NCBI RefSeq assembly: GCF_006345805.1 | Contig: NC_043011.1 | Coordinates: 12,536,464-12,600,463, forward strand | Origin: Octopus sinensis | Taxonomy: Eukaryota | Reading direction: 5' to 3' | DNA: 64,000 nt | Part shown: positions 1-11,967 of the stretch, in pieces | Layout of the letters: the number at the start of each line of letters is the position of its first letter | Numbering within the stretch: position 1 is the stretch's first letter | Notes under the pieces: generated by a model | Told to the model about the DNA's origin: nothing | Databases searched by the model: none | Seen by the model: the letters and a program-made list of their open reading frames with translations, nothing else | Position numbers and translations under genes: made by a program

Positions 1-1281
1 AGTCTATGCGGTACTGGCTACGGCCACGTTCGGATGATTTTCTTGTGTGCCACCGGCACTGGTACCACAAAGATACAAATTCCATTGATGTTCATCTATT
101 TTGATTTGTTTTGATTTGATTTGATTTTCACTTGCCTCAACAGGTCTTCACAAGTGTCACAAGAAGGAAGGTATGCACAGGTAGACTGACTACGTCCCAG
201 GTAGGGGCCACGGGTTATGGCCTGACTAGTCTTGCCAGGTCTTCGGATGGTGTTTTTATGTGCCACCGACACAGGTGCCAGATGAGGCTGGCGAACGGCC
301 ACGATCGGATGGTGTTTGTTACGTGCCCACAGCACGGAGGCCAGTCGATGCGGTACTGGCTACGGCCACATTCGGATGGTTTTCTTGTGTGTCACCGGCA
401 CTGGTACCACAAAGATACAAATTCCATTGATGTTCATCTATTTTGATTTGATTTGATTTGATTTTCACTTGCCTCAACAGGTCTTCACAGGTCTTCACAA
501 GTGTCACAGGAAGGAAGGAAGGTATGCACAGGTGGACTGACTACGTCCCAAGTAGGGGCCACGGGTTATGGCCTGACCAGTCTTGCCGGGTCTTCGGTTG
601 GTGTTTTTATGTGCCACCGACACAGGTGCCAGATGAGGCTGGCGAACGGCCACGATCGGATGGTGTTTGTTATGTGCCCACGTCACAGAGGCCAGTCGAT
701 GCGGTACTGGCTACGGCCACGTTCGGATGGTTTTCTTGTGTGCCAACGGTACTGGTACCACAAAGATACAAATTCCATTGATGTTCATCTATTTTGATTT
801 GGTTTGATTTGATTTGATTTGATTTTGATTTTCACTTGCCTCAACAGGTCTACACAAGTGTCACACACTTGCCTCAACAGGTCTTCACAAGTGTCATAAG
901 TAGGTGTCACACACTTGCCTCAACAGGTCTTCACAAGTGTCATAAGTAGGAAGGTATGCACAGGTGGACTGACTACGTCGCCGGGTCTTCGGATGGTGTT
1001 TTTATGTGCCAACGACACAGGTGCCAGATGAGGCTGGCGAACGGCCACGATCAGATGGTGTTTGTTGTGCCCACAGCACGGAGGCCAGTCGATGTGGTAC
1101 TGGCTACGGCCATGTTCGGATGGTTTTCTTGTGTGCCACCGGTACTGGAACCACAAAGATACAAATTCCATTGATGTTCATCTATTTTGATTTGGTTTGA
1201 TTTTCACTTGCCTCAACAGGTCTTCACAAGTGTCACACACTTGCCTCAACAGGTCTCCACAAGTGTCACACACTTGCCTCT
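1..1281 (-). repeat. Tandem array (about 4 units of 340-390 bp, first cut by the window edge) of an RTE LINE 3'UTR segment, with nested 33-bp subrepeats
   Basis: AGATACAAATTCCATTGATGTTCATCTATTTTGATTT recurs at ~71, ~413, ~766 and ~1158. CACTTGCCTCAACAGGTCTTCACAAGTGTCACA recurs about 8 times. The same motifs occur in the RTE 3'UTR copies at 60490-61025 and 62305-62955. Confidence 0.85.
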
Positions 1282-1931
1282 GCCTCCTTTGATTTTTCTC
1301 ATCATTGTAATTAATAAGAACTCAATTTCAATCTAATTTCAACAGATTCTTTAGACAAATCACTACTAGAAGCCTTCAGTCTCTTGCAAATAAAAAGTCT
1401 ACATTGAAATATTAGTTTTTAGATATTTTTTTTAATATTTGCTTATGTTGAAGATTTTGAAGGAAAGTCATTAATTTGAAAATCTATAAATGTTAACTAA
1501 TTTGTAATGCACCCTTTTGGACAGTGCTTTTTTCTTTATCTTTTTCCAATAGTTGTATTTGAATATTTGTAAAACCAATTACAAAATAACTATCAGTTTA
1601 AATTTTCAAGTTGATATGTTATGTTTCAATCTTAATTCTGTCTCTATAGTTTTTTTTTAAAGACCAACATTATGTGTATTGTTACATAACAAAATATAAT
1701 TGTCACTAAAATCTTAATGATATTTACTTTGTCTCATTTTCTAAATTTGTTTATATTTTGTTAATTTTTATAAAATTGATCTTTCAATCTATAAGAAGGA
1801 AAACAAACTAAATAAGAAAATATGAAAATTAACAATGTGTCTATGATAATCACTGTTGTATTTTGACTTCAGAGAACATCTCTTTTCAGACAATGTGTGT
1901 TTACAACACAATTCATTGAAATAGAAGGACG

Positions 1932-1974
1932 TTGAGACACTAGTGTTTCAACTTGCGTGTGTCTCTTCAGTCAA
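1932..1974 (-). ncRNA. Minimal type-I hammerhead ribozyme (Penelope-like-element type), GUC cleavage site
   Basis: Minus strand reads ttga CTGAAGA gac-acacgcaa-gtt GAAA cac-ta-gtg TC tcaa. All conserved core bases are present, stems I, II and III pair, and stem III is palindromic (acactagtgt). Confidence 0.75.
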
Positions 1975-2112
1975 AGAGTTGGTATATTAATTAACTAACA
2001 ACCATTGGCAATATTCAACTTCTGAAAACCAGGTGATAAACTAAATTTCACTACAAAGGAAGACAAAGAAAATTACATGAAGTCTATCTCAAATGAATAA
2101 TACGCCTCCTTT

Positions 2113-2241
2113 CATCATCATCATCGTTGTTTAACGTCCATTTTTCATGCTAGCATGGGTTGGACGGTTCGACCGGGATCTGGGAAGCCGGAAGGCTGCA
2201 CCAGGCCCCAGTCTGACCTGGCAGTGTTTCTACAGCTGGAT
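2113..2241 (-). mobile_element. RTE LINE 3'-end fragment with (GAT)n tail
   Basis: Matches the terminal ~130 bp of the LINE at 55687-55860 (catcatcatcgtt...ccatgctagcatgggttggacggttcgaccggg). Confidence 0.85.
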
Positions 2242-2644
2242 GCCCTTCCTAATGCCAACCACTCCGTGAGTGTTGTGGGTTAGTAATTAATATATTTCAG
2301 CTAGAATTACTGGAGTCCAAAAAAAGAACTTCAAGTGGGAGAAATAAGTTTAGAAGATGCTTCTGCAGAAGCTGGCTTCTACAGGGTGCTAATGAATTGT
2401 TTTGTGAGATAGAAAACATTGCTGGGGATGGCAGTGGATAATTTAATACAAACCACGTTTATGTGGCTGGAGTGAAACTGGCGTTACATCAGTTACAGCA
2501 ATGAGTGTTCCAGTTGATCTGATCAACAGCACGACCCACTTGTGAAATTAACGTGTAAGTGGCTGAGTACTCTACAGACATGCACCCTCTTAACTTAGTT
2601 TTCTGGGAGATCCAGTGTGACACAGAATGTGACAAGGCCTGCAT

Positions 2645-2954
2645 GGAGGCACATGGCCTAGTGATTAGAGCAGCGGACTCGCGGTTGAGGGATTGTGGGT
2701 TCGAATCTCAGATTGGGCAATGTGTGTGTTTATGAGTGAAACACCTAAGCTCCACGTGGCTCCGACAGAAGGTAATGGCCAACTTCTGCTGACTCTTTTG
2801 CCACAACTTTCTCTCGCTCTTTCCTCCTGCATCTTGCAGCTCACCTGCAATGGACTGGCGTCCCGTCCAGGTGGGGAACCTATACGCCAAGAAACTGGGA
2901 AACTGGCCCTTATGAGCCAGGCATGGCTCAAGAAGGAATAAACAACAACAACAA
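2645..2954 (+). mobile_element. tRNA(Arg)-derived SINE with (AAC)n tail and 11-bp TSD, nested in an older SINE
   Basis: A/B-box-like head (tggcctagtgattag...gggttcgaatctc) and AAC tail. ACAAGGCCTGC flanks both sides (2633-2643 and ~2950-2960). Homologous copies at 17968-18244 and 52363-52745. Confidence 0.85.
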
Positions 2955-3551
2955 GGCCTGCCCTTTGAATTGCAGGTAAACTTATTTTTGCCCCAGCTGA
3001 GTGGACTGGAGCAATGTGATATAAAGTATCTTGCTCGAGGGCACAACATGCCATTGGGTATTGAACTCATGACATTACGATCATGAGCCAAATACCCTAA
3101 CCAATGAGCCACATACTTTTCGCAGCTAGGGTGAATCCAAAATTGGCTGCAAACAAGATTGTTATAGAAAAGTTCAGTAGATAAGGTAGGAAGAATGTAA
3201 TAAAAGACTAACAATAAAAGTTAAAACAATAAAACACAAGCCCCCAGGCTTTTCTAACAAGATGAAAAAGATGGGCTTGTGGTGAAGTATGCCAGAGTAT
3301 ACAGGAAGGTCATACTACAATATCCAAAACAATATGGATTCACTTATACAGAGACAGAACCAGAAAAGAAATGTGATAAAATATTCTTACAAAGAACACA
3401 TACAAGTGGGTACTTCTCCAACTAGAAAATTATGAGAATTTATCTACTGTAGAACCATGAAAATATCTAGTAGAGAAAAAAAGGAAGCTAATAGAAATAG
3501 TTTCAAAATGTAAACAAATTTCCTTCGGCAGATTAGTTCCAACATAAAATA

Positions 3552-6126
3552 CACTGAACCGCAAAAGAAACACAAGACGTGTGACTGTGAAATATGTTTT
3601 AATTTCATTATGTCAGAGATAAATTTTCATAAATCTGATGAAGTCAATTTCTTGGATGCATTTTGACCACAGTCTATGGGTTGTTGTCATGTGTTCTGGT
3701 AGTGGGTGGATCCAGCACATTGAGATTGTATGGCATGACATGTCCAGTACTGTGTATGCCCTCCCTGGGTGCTCAGAACAGCCATACACTGTCGGTACAT
3801 GGAATGTATGAGGCAGTTCACAAAAGCCAGTGGCACCTGTGCCCACACCCGAGGAAAGCTGCCTCCAGTTCCACACAAGTTGTCAGCTTTGGAACCACCT
3901 GGTTCAGCCATCTCTGGATTTCATCCTACAGGTATTCAATTGGGTTGAAATCCAGGCTGAGATCCAGCCACAGCATAGTTCTGATGTTGTGCTGACACAG
4001 GAAGTCCATGGTGACCCTTGCTGTGTGTGAGGGAAAATTGTCCTGCTGGAACACGTGGCTATGGTGACTCGTGAAGAAAGGCACAATGTGAGTTCTTAGG
4101 ATCTGTTCAATGTAGTGCTGCGCTGTGATGTCATTTTCTTTGCTTGCACCAACATTTTGGAACACATGGGGCCCAATTCTCTGAATCAGGCCTATAGCAC
4201 CCCAAACCATGATGCTTTGGCCACCCGACACATCTCTGCACCTCTGTAGTGTTCACATGCACTTCTGTGGTGTTCATCTCCTCCTACACCACACCCTCAC
4301 TCTGCCATCCGAAGTGGAAATGCAGTACCAGCTCTCATCAGAGAAGACTATCGACCAATGTCAGTGCTGTGTAGCCCACAGAAGTCATGCCTGATGGTGG
4401 CAGGTGGTGAGGACAGGTCCTCGAGCAGGATGATGGCAATTGCAGGTTGTTGGCGGCCAGTCGACGTCATAGCATCTCATCGCTGATGGGTCACTGTCCA
4501 GTGTCAATGGTCTCATGAGCTTTCATGCTGGCCAGTCTGAAGCAATCATGGAGATGTTGCTGGTGGGTGAAGTGGTCCTGCATGAGTGTGGTCACCCAGG
4601 GGATCTGTGGGCATGGCCTGCAATGCTGTTGGTATTGTTGTATCGCTGTTGCAGGTGATAGATGGTGCTGAAATGGACACTGTAAGCTTTTGCAACAATC
4701 AGGGCATGATGCCCTGCTTGCAATCGGCCAATAGCTTGTCCTCTCTGTGCTGCTGACAATTGGGTCATACCTAATGCGTTCAAATTACGAATGCCAGAAA
4801 TGTAATTCAAGTTGATTTTTATACCCATAATCTTTGTAAAGGCCGCACAATGTGAGGTAACAAGAATGAGTCTTTAGTACATCACACTGTCGAGGAAATA
4901 AATATAAAAGGAATAATACATATATGTGTCAGAGGGATAAAGAGAGACACAACCGAGTAGAATGTTTCAGAGAAGATTTATTGATATGTTAACATGTGTG
5001 TCTGTGTATGTGTCATGTACACAGAATTATAGACAGGCCATCATAAGAACAAAATGTATGTGTGTATAGGCATGGATGTATGCATATGTGTTAAGCACAA
5101 ATAAAAATAGCAATGAAGATGGAAACAGTGAAAGAATCTATAATGAGAAGTTAGATGAATGTTCATAGACACAAGAATGAGAAATACCAGTTTCTAGTCA
5201 ATTGTACATGGTAATTGAAATACTGTATCAAGAAGTTGTGGCCATGATGCTGAGCCAGTTGCGGTATATGTTGTACATGAAGATGTGGCTGTAATGCTGT
5301 TGCCTGTGTCACTTGGTACAGGAGTTCTCGCAGGTTGTATATTCGCTATTGATCCATGGTGTTGATTCATGGACAATGAAGTATTGGAACTTGGGTGAGT
5401 TTCTTGTTGAGTTGAGTACGTACAGAAATGATGTTGATAACGTTAAGAATATGATGGTGGCAATGAAGACAGAGATTGCTATTATGCTGTTGGCCAAAGT
5501 TGGTAAGTCTCAACATGGGTGCCGCTGTATTGTCGCTGGAACTGGCTGTGTTTTGTGTGGTCAGTGGCTAGACCTTAAAAGGTCTGAAACCAAAGATCTC
5601 AAGACGAGAAGTTGGGTTTTTATAAGGAGTTGTAGACTTAAAACTGGGTTGAGAACAGGCTGTCTCATGTGGTTTTATTTAGTGGCTCTGATTGGTTATA
5701 TGCTGCAAATTGGCGCGACAGAGTAAGAGACAAATTGCACCAATACCAACCAATCAGAGTAGTGGACACAACAGGGGTCACATAGCAGCCAAAGGCTAGC
5801 TGTTACCTACTACGCTCGAATGCACACATATATATATAATAAAGAGGAGAGAGGAGTTTCACTCGAGTGCATGCTACAACCTCCACAAGATGCACATGCA
5901 TTTCAGTTTTCATGATAATTGTTTACGACTGCCACCCACAGCATTCAATGCAGCTGTGTTTTGGTGTCTCATTTCAGGTAAGTTGAAAGGTTACCTGCAA
6001 TTTGGGTCTCAGCCATAAACCAGCATGCCTTGGAATATTGACACTTACATCCCCGAAATGAATTTTCATAATTTACCATATAAAAATGACATTTGAAAAA
6101 AATCACATTTCTTTTGCAGTTCAGTG
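3552..6126 (-). mobile_element. Tc1-family DNA transposon with a degenerate transposase, TIRs and TA target duplication
   Basis: TIR CACTGAAC(C/T)GCAAAAGAAA at 3552 and inverted ending at 6126, both flanked by TA. Minus-strand frames give an N-terminal HTH (MTQLSAAQRGQAIGRLQAG...) and DDE motifs (IMVWGAI, FQQDN..SHTAR, SLDFNPIE) across frameshifts and stops. Confidence 0.85.
4888..5830 (-). mobile_element. Putative solo LTR-like insert within the Tc1 5' region
   Basis: About 1 kb interrupts the Tc1 leader. It begins with TGT on plus at 4888 (ACA end on minus). On minus: CCAAT boxes at 5686-5759, TATAAAA at ~5618-5624 and AATAAA at ~4977-4982, in U3-R-U5 order. The right boundary and TSD are not resolved. 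Confidence 0.45.
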
Positions 6127-6535
6127 TAATGTATTTTTAAAAGAAATGGGGAACCTAATAGAATGTGAAAATCTGTAAATAGAGATAATCATAATGTGAA
6201 GTCTAAACGCATAATCTTCATAGTAACCAGGTGCCTTAGAAATCATTAAAAAAAATACAAACACATAACCAAAATTCCAGTCCTTATAAATATATATGGC
6301 TTCCAGAAAATGATACTTGTAGGCAATGCACATACATTATACATTCTACTTTAATGAAATCAGAAAGAAGAAAATAACAATGCACATTCCCATGGCACAC
6401 AGAGTTAGATTCATTTGTGCTGTGAAGGTACTTAATGAAATATTAAAACTAGTGTAATACTAATAATTATTATATTAATGAGGAGAAAGGTAGGAAGGAA
6501 GGAAGGATGAAAAAGGAGAAAGAAAGAATTATACT

Positions 6536-6876
6536 GCATGGCACCTTGGGCAAGTGTCTTCTACTATAGCCTCGGGCCGACCAAAGCCTTATGAGTGGAT
6601 TTAGTAGATGGAAACTGAAAGAAGCCCGCCGTATATATGTATATATATATATATATGCGTGTGTATCTGTGTTTGTCCCCCTAGCATTGCTTGACAACCG
6701 ATGCTGGTGTGTTTATGTCCCCGTTACTTAGCGGTTCGGCGAAAGCGACCGATAGAATAAGTACTGGGCTTACAAAAGAATAAGTCCTGTGGTTGAGTTG
6801 CTCGATTAAAGGCAGTGCTCCAGCATGGCCGCAGTCAAATGACTGAAACAAGTAAAAGAGTAAAAGAGAGTAAGAG
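6536..6876 (+). mobile_element. tRNA-derived CORE-type SINE (family A), 5'-truncated
   Basis: CORE-like gcaccttgggcaagtgtcttctactatagcctcggg, internal (TA)/(TG) tract, tail gaaacaagtaaaagagtaaaagag. Confidence 0.85.
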
Positions 6877-7404
6877 TAGCAAATTTATAACAATTCTTGA
6901 TTTGTCAAGTCAACTGTTGAGAGTACTGAGAAGTGTATAAAATGTTTTGAGTGTCAACAAAGTAAAAATAATTACAAGGGCTTCAAAGGAATTTGGAATC
7001 TGAATGGAAATTATGGTTAAGGAGAAAACAATTTGACAAAACCCAAGAGAAGGTCATAAAGTGCTGCAACTGAACGACAAAGCAGATTTAAAGGTATTGG
7101 ATAGAATCATTAACAGAATCATGAGAGAACGTCCTGTTGAACAGACAAGCAAAGGATATAAGTTTATTCATTACAAAAGGAAGCAAAAGGCAAAGATTAT
7201 GAATGAAATAGTTAAAGAAAGGTTAGAGTGAAATGTCACATAGTAATATAAAAGCATGAATGGATAAGTATTGCATAAAAGAGAGAGAGAGAGAAACCCA
7301 GAAAAAAATATTATTCTATCAAAAGAGAGGCAAAGGATGCAATGTTTAACATTGGAGAAGAAGTGAAATTTGATGGTAGTTTAAAGTAGTAGATGGAAGA
7401 AAAT

Positions 7405-7712
7405 CAGGTGGAATTTAAATGTTGGCCATTGCCAGCACCGCCCTGACTGGCCTCCGTGCCAGTGGCATGTAAAAAGCACCAACCGATCGTGGCCATTGCC
7501 AGCCTCACCTGGTACCGTGCCGGTGACACGTAAAAAGCACCCACTACACTCACGGGGTGGTTGGCGTTAGGAAGGGCATCCAGCTGTAGAAACACTGCCA
7601 GATCAGACTGGAGCCTGGTGCAGCCTCCTGGCTTCACAGACCCCAGTCGAACCGTCCAACCCATGCTAGCATGGAAAGCGGATGTTAAATGATGATGATG
7701 ATGATGATGATG
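7405..7712 (+). mobile_element. RTE LINE 3'-end fragment with (GAT)n tail
   Basis: Reverse complement of the LINE 3'UTR at 55690-55990. Confidence 0.85.
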
Positions 7713-8499
7713 AAGACTGCAAAAGAGCCCAAAGGAATTAAAGCTGGAGCAGTATGAAGATAAAACTGTATTAAGTGAATTATTTAATAGCTTAAAATTT
7801 AAAGAAATACTACATCTGAAAAACGATATCATTTAATATGCAAGAGGAAATTATAGGCAGAAAATCTTATGAGAAATTAAAGAGAGATGGGGGTGACATT
7901 GAATATGTGCAGGCTATAAGAGAAACAGTTCATAATCCATTGTCCAGATGATTATTTTAAAAGCCATAACAACACATTAGCTAGCACAAAACAATAAAAG
8001 TTGATTACAAAATTGTTATAGTATAAAATCAACTGAAGTAATAGAGTCACCATTAGAGACTAAAGAAAACAGACTTGCAATTCTTTTAAATAGAATATTA
8101 AGAGCTACCAGAGGGTAAGATTGAATTTTAGAGAAACATACATATGAATTATTGATGTAATCAGTTCTAGTGATTATGTGGAATATGTTCTAATCTACTG
8201 CAAGACAGAATTAGAAAGTACAAATGGATCCATGGATTGTATGAAAGAAAAAGAGGATGCAATATGAAATTTATGATTGCTCGATTCCTCATTATCAAAC
8301 TTGATGATTCCAGTCAGGAGGAACCTTGCGACTATTTTCAGAGCTCACAATCCTGCAAGATTTTTCAATACATATTCCAAAACTCTGGCATTGCAAACTG
8401 AATACAAGAGCTTGTGACATTTCCTATAAGTTAATTGAAGTTTCTAATGGACAAATGATAACATTTACATCTTTTTCTCCAAAATAGCACCCAGTAGAT

Positions 8500-8750
8500 T
8501 TATTAGGTTGCTTCACCTGGACGTCGTATTTAAAGGTAACAATAAAGTGTTTCAGAAGTGTTAAAGAACTGATTTAGTTTATCAAAGAATGATCCATGTT
8601 CATTTATGACATTTACCCAACGTTTCTCTATGTCATATATTCCATCTTTAAAAACAAATTCATCTCTTGCTTTGATAAACTGTCCCAATGCATCATTTAC
8701 CTCTTCTCTATTTAAGAATGTTTTATTGCTTATGAAAAAGCTCAAAATCC
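8500..8750 (-). mobile_element. Mariner transposase C-terminal remnant with 3' TIR-like end
   Basis: FLNREEVNDALGQFIKARDEFVFKDGIYDIEKRWVNVINEHGSFFD matches the mariner C-terminus. TA-TTAGGTTG at 8500-8510 is a mariner-type TIR start. Confidence 0.7.
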
Positions 8751-8769
8751 TTAAATAAGTGATGATCAG

Positions 8770-9740
8770 CAGTACGGTCTTCTTTCTTACACATTACATC
8801 CGATTCCTCTTATGCCCAATTTTTCTCCCAACACATTTATACTTTGTTACTCATGCACTTATATTGCACATCCATCAGAGAATGTCAGCTTCCGCTTCTT
8901 TCTAGTCTTCTCAAGTCTTCTGAATTCAAGACATATGTCTCTCTACTATGCAGCATCACAGTTCTAACTCAAGCATCATACAATCGATTCTTCACTCTAA
9001 AAGAAAAGACTTTGGATCTTTTCGGTTTGAACGGCATTTTTTTCTAGCGGTGTCATATGAAATTGTCACCCATAATTATGACCCTAGTATTGATCTATTG
9101 CATTTCAATCTGTTTTAGGGTTAGGGTTAGAGGTCGGGGGAAGGGTATCTTTTTTTTCTTCAGAAATGTAAATAAACCCAATCTGTTTCTTAAACGAGGG
9201 ACATATTCTTACGGCATAGAATGTTTTTTTTACCTCAATAGACGTCATTGATTGGTTGAAATTGCAGAAATTGAAGAAAAAAAACAACAAATATCTTACA
9301 AACTATAGAATTTTCTGAATAAAGCCAAGAGAAAAAGATGTTTTATAAACACATTCTACCAGTATACGAAGTTTAAGTGTTTAGTTACGTGGAAATTATG
9401 TTTAAAAAACTGCCGTTCAAACCAAAAAGATCCAAGACTTTTGTTACTAGCATCAGTAGTAAAAGTCCCTAAACTTTTTCCAACCCATTCTTATTCTGGT
9501 TCATATTCTTTCAGAACAACCACCTCTTTTACATCTGCCAAGTAGCAAAGGCTATCTGAGCATTGAAGAGAATCTATTTCTAGTGTACCCATCGTATGTA
9601 TAGTTCCAGTGCATCTATCACATACAAAGCTTCCTTTTTCTGTTAGTCTGCCAGTGATTCCACAACAGCTGTAACCTTCACTTACATTGGGTACATCGTG
9701 TGTAGTTTATATCTACTCCTTTTCTGCATCTTCTACCTTT
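8770..9740 (-). mobile_element. Old decayed RTE LINE fragment (PHD finger plus post-RT region), interrupted by a MITE
   Basis: Minus-strand remnants CRKGV..RCTQCK..GITGRLTEKGSFVCDRCTG (9600-9737) and RVKNRLYDA*VRTVMLHSRETY (8920-9000) align to the intact ORF at 56525-59428. Confidence 0.75.
9014..9433. mobile_element. MITE with GG-starting TIRs and 8-bp TSD (Merlin/IS1016-like), copy 1
   Basis: TIR GGATCTTTTCGGTTTGAACGGC / GCCGTTCAAACCAAAAAGATCC. TSD AAGACTTT at 9006-9013 and 9434-9441. Internal TTAGGG units. Confidence 0.85.
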
Positions 9741-10424
9741 AAGTGTAAATTTTCGATATACTAAAACAGTTTTAATTTTTAATTTTGCATATATAAAAAT
9801 AATTCTTATTTAAAAATTTTTAACAAATTTAGAATTTTTAAATGTTAATTTTTTAAAAAATTATCATTATTTTTATTCTATTTTTAATAGTCTTTCAATT
9901 TTTAATATCTTTTTAGTTTTTGATTTTATTTTCAATTTTTAATTTTTTAATTTTGGAATTTTTCAATACTTATTAGATCTAATTTTTAATGTTCATGTTA
10001 ACTTTTAGAGTTAATATTCAAACTTTGGATTCATCTTCAAGTTTTTAATTCTTTAACTTTTAAGGTTTTACAAAATATTTAATATTTTGATATTTTTCTT
10101 TCCAAATTTTATAACATTATTCTAACTTTAATATCCCATTGTTCCATTTTTATCTCTAAGAAACCATGCAATCAATTCCTTATTCTTTATATATAAATAT
10201 TTATTTATTTACTACTGTATTTTTATATGTATATTTTATTGTATCGTATTATTTTATATTCATACCTATGCATTACTTTATATATATGATAAAATATATG
10301 TAATATATAATATATACACATATATATGTACAGGGATGGATAGGCACATGTGTGATTCCATCAGATGTTTAATATCAGTGTTTATGAACAGAGTAGAAAT
10401 GAGCTGAGAGAAAACCTGCAAGAG

Positions 10425-10723
10425 GGACCTATTTCTTTGCTACCCACAAGGGGCTAAACACAGAGAGGACAAACAAGGACAGACAAACAGATTAAGTTGA
10501 TTACATCGACCCCAGTGTGTAACTGGTACTTAATTTATCGACTTCGAAAGGATGAAAGGCAAAGTCGACCTCGGCAGAATTTGAACTCAGAATGCAGCGG
10601 CGGACGAAATACCTATTTCTTTATTACCCACAAGGGGCTAAACACAGAGGGGACAAACAAGGACAGACGAAATACCACAAAGCATTTCGCCCAGCATGCT
10701 AACGTTTCTGCCAGCTCGCCACC
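10425..10723 (-). mobile_element. SINE (Meta-domain-like family), partly duplicated
   Basis: Reverse complement of the ttctgagttcaaattccgccgaggtcgactttgcctttcatcctttc motif seen at 11118-11350 and 53205-53587. Confidence 0.7.
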
Positions 10724-11117
10724 TAAGAAAGAAGAGGGAACCATGGGCATGTGATGTGTATGGAGGATGACTACTCCAAAAGGTTGTGCATTTCAACTTA
10801 TTACACAATCATTGGAAGAGGGAGACTGTGAAAAATTATAGGTAAAGTGGTAAATGTTCTCCTTAAGATACTGTACTATGCAGAGAAAATGGTAAAGTAC
10901 AATACTGATTCACAAAAGGCAGTGCTGCAGAAGACCCAAGCACCTATAGTGAAATGTGTGCTGAAATTATGGTAGTGATAGAGGCTCTGGAATCTCTATA
11001 TGTGTCTATAGGTTGTTGTCATCATCATCATCATTATATAGTGTCTGTATTCCATGCCAACATGAGTTTGATGGTTTGACAAGATACAACAGATCAGAGG
11101 ACCATGTCAAATGCCAG

Positions 11118-11350
11118 TGTCTGCTTTTAGCACGCCGGGTGAAATTCTTAGCAGTATTTCATCTGCTGCTGCATTCTGAGTTCAAATTCCACCGAGGTCG
11201 ACTTTGCCTTTCATCCTTTCAGGGTCGATAAATTAAGTACCAGTTACGCACTGGGGTCGATATAAATCAAACTTATCTGTTGTCTGTCCTGTTTGTCCCC
11301 CCTCTGTGTTTTAGCCCATTGTTTGTGGGTAGTAAAGAAATAGGTTTCTA
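11118..11350 (+). mobile_element. SINE (Meta-domain-like family)
   Basis: gaggtcgactttgcctttcatcctttcagggtcgataaattaagtacc core shared with other copies in the window. Confidence 0.7.
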
Positions 11351-11609
11351 TAGATGGATGCCATTTCTAACACCAAACACTTTACAAAATTATACTATAT
11401 GCTTTTTCGTGTCCCCAGCACTTGTGGGATCATCAAGAAGTGATGGTGAGATGGCAGCAAGAAAAGAGAAATGAATAGTACAAAAATTTTGGGGATGAAA
11501 TGTATGTGTTTATTGTTGGGAAAAAGAGTTCTTGAATAACATAGAAGAATAGAAGAGATTAATAATAAGAGATTAGTAATAAATTTTATTTAGGTCAAGT
11601 GAAATACAA

Positions 11610-11912
11610 TTTACAAGGACCTGCTTTACGAGACCCTGGGTTTACGAGTTTTATTTTTCAAGCAAAAGATACAAATTTTGAACAAAGGGCAGAAGTATCT
11701 ACAACCACAACAAATGCTTCTGCGTGTTACCGAGAAATTTATAGAGAGCAAAAAAAGCTTCTTCTCAGCAAACAACTCTAAACTTGTTTTTTAAAAAGAA
11801 ATCTACAAGTCCGTCTATGGGTGCTTGTGAATCAGCAATTGCGACTACAAGTGATGGTGTGCATGAGTCTAGTACAATTGAAAGTGATTCAAAAAACAAC
11901 AACAACAACAAC

Positions 11913-11967
<55 letters not shown>

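Noticed and set aside
96-1200. Repeated 60-107-aa ORFs with C/H residues
   Set aside because: They are spurious frames over the tandem RTE 3'UTR array and have no domain motifs.
1-1281. CRISPR-like appearance of regularly spaced repeats
   Set aside because: The spacers are copies of each other, the context is eukaryotic and there are no cas genes.
2645-2730. tRNA genes at SINE heads
   Set aside because: The A/B boxes are present but the cloverleaf is degenerate and continues into a SINE body; these are tRNA-derived SINEs, not tRNA genes.
5979-6119. Apparent perfect GT-AG intron (cag/gtaagt ... cttttgcag)
   Set aside because: It lies in the Tc1 leader and TIR; the acceptor is part of the inverted repeat, and the flanking frames close quickly.
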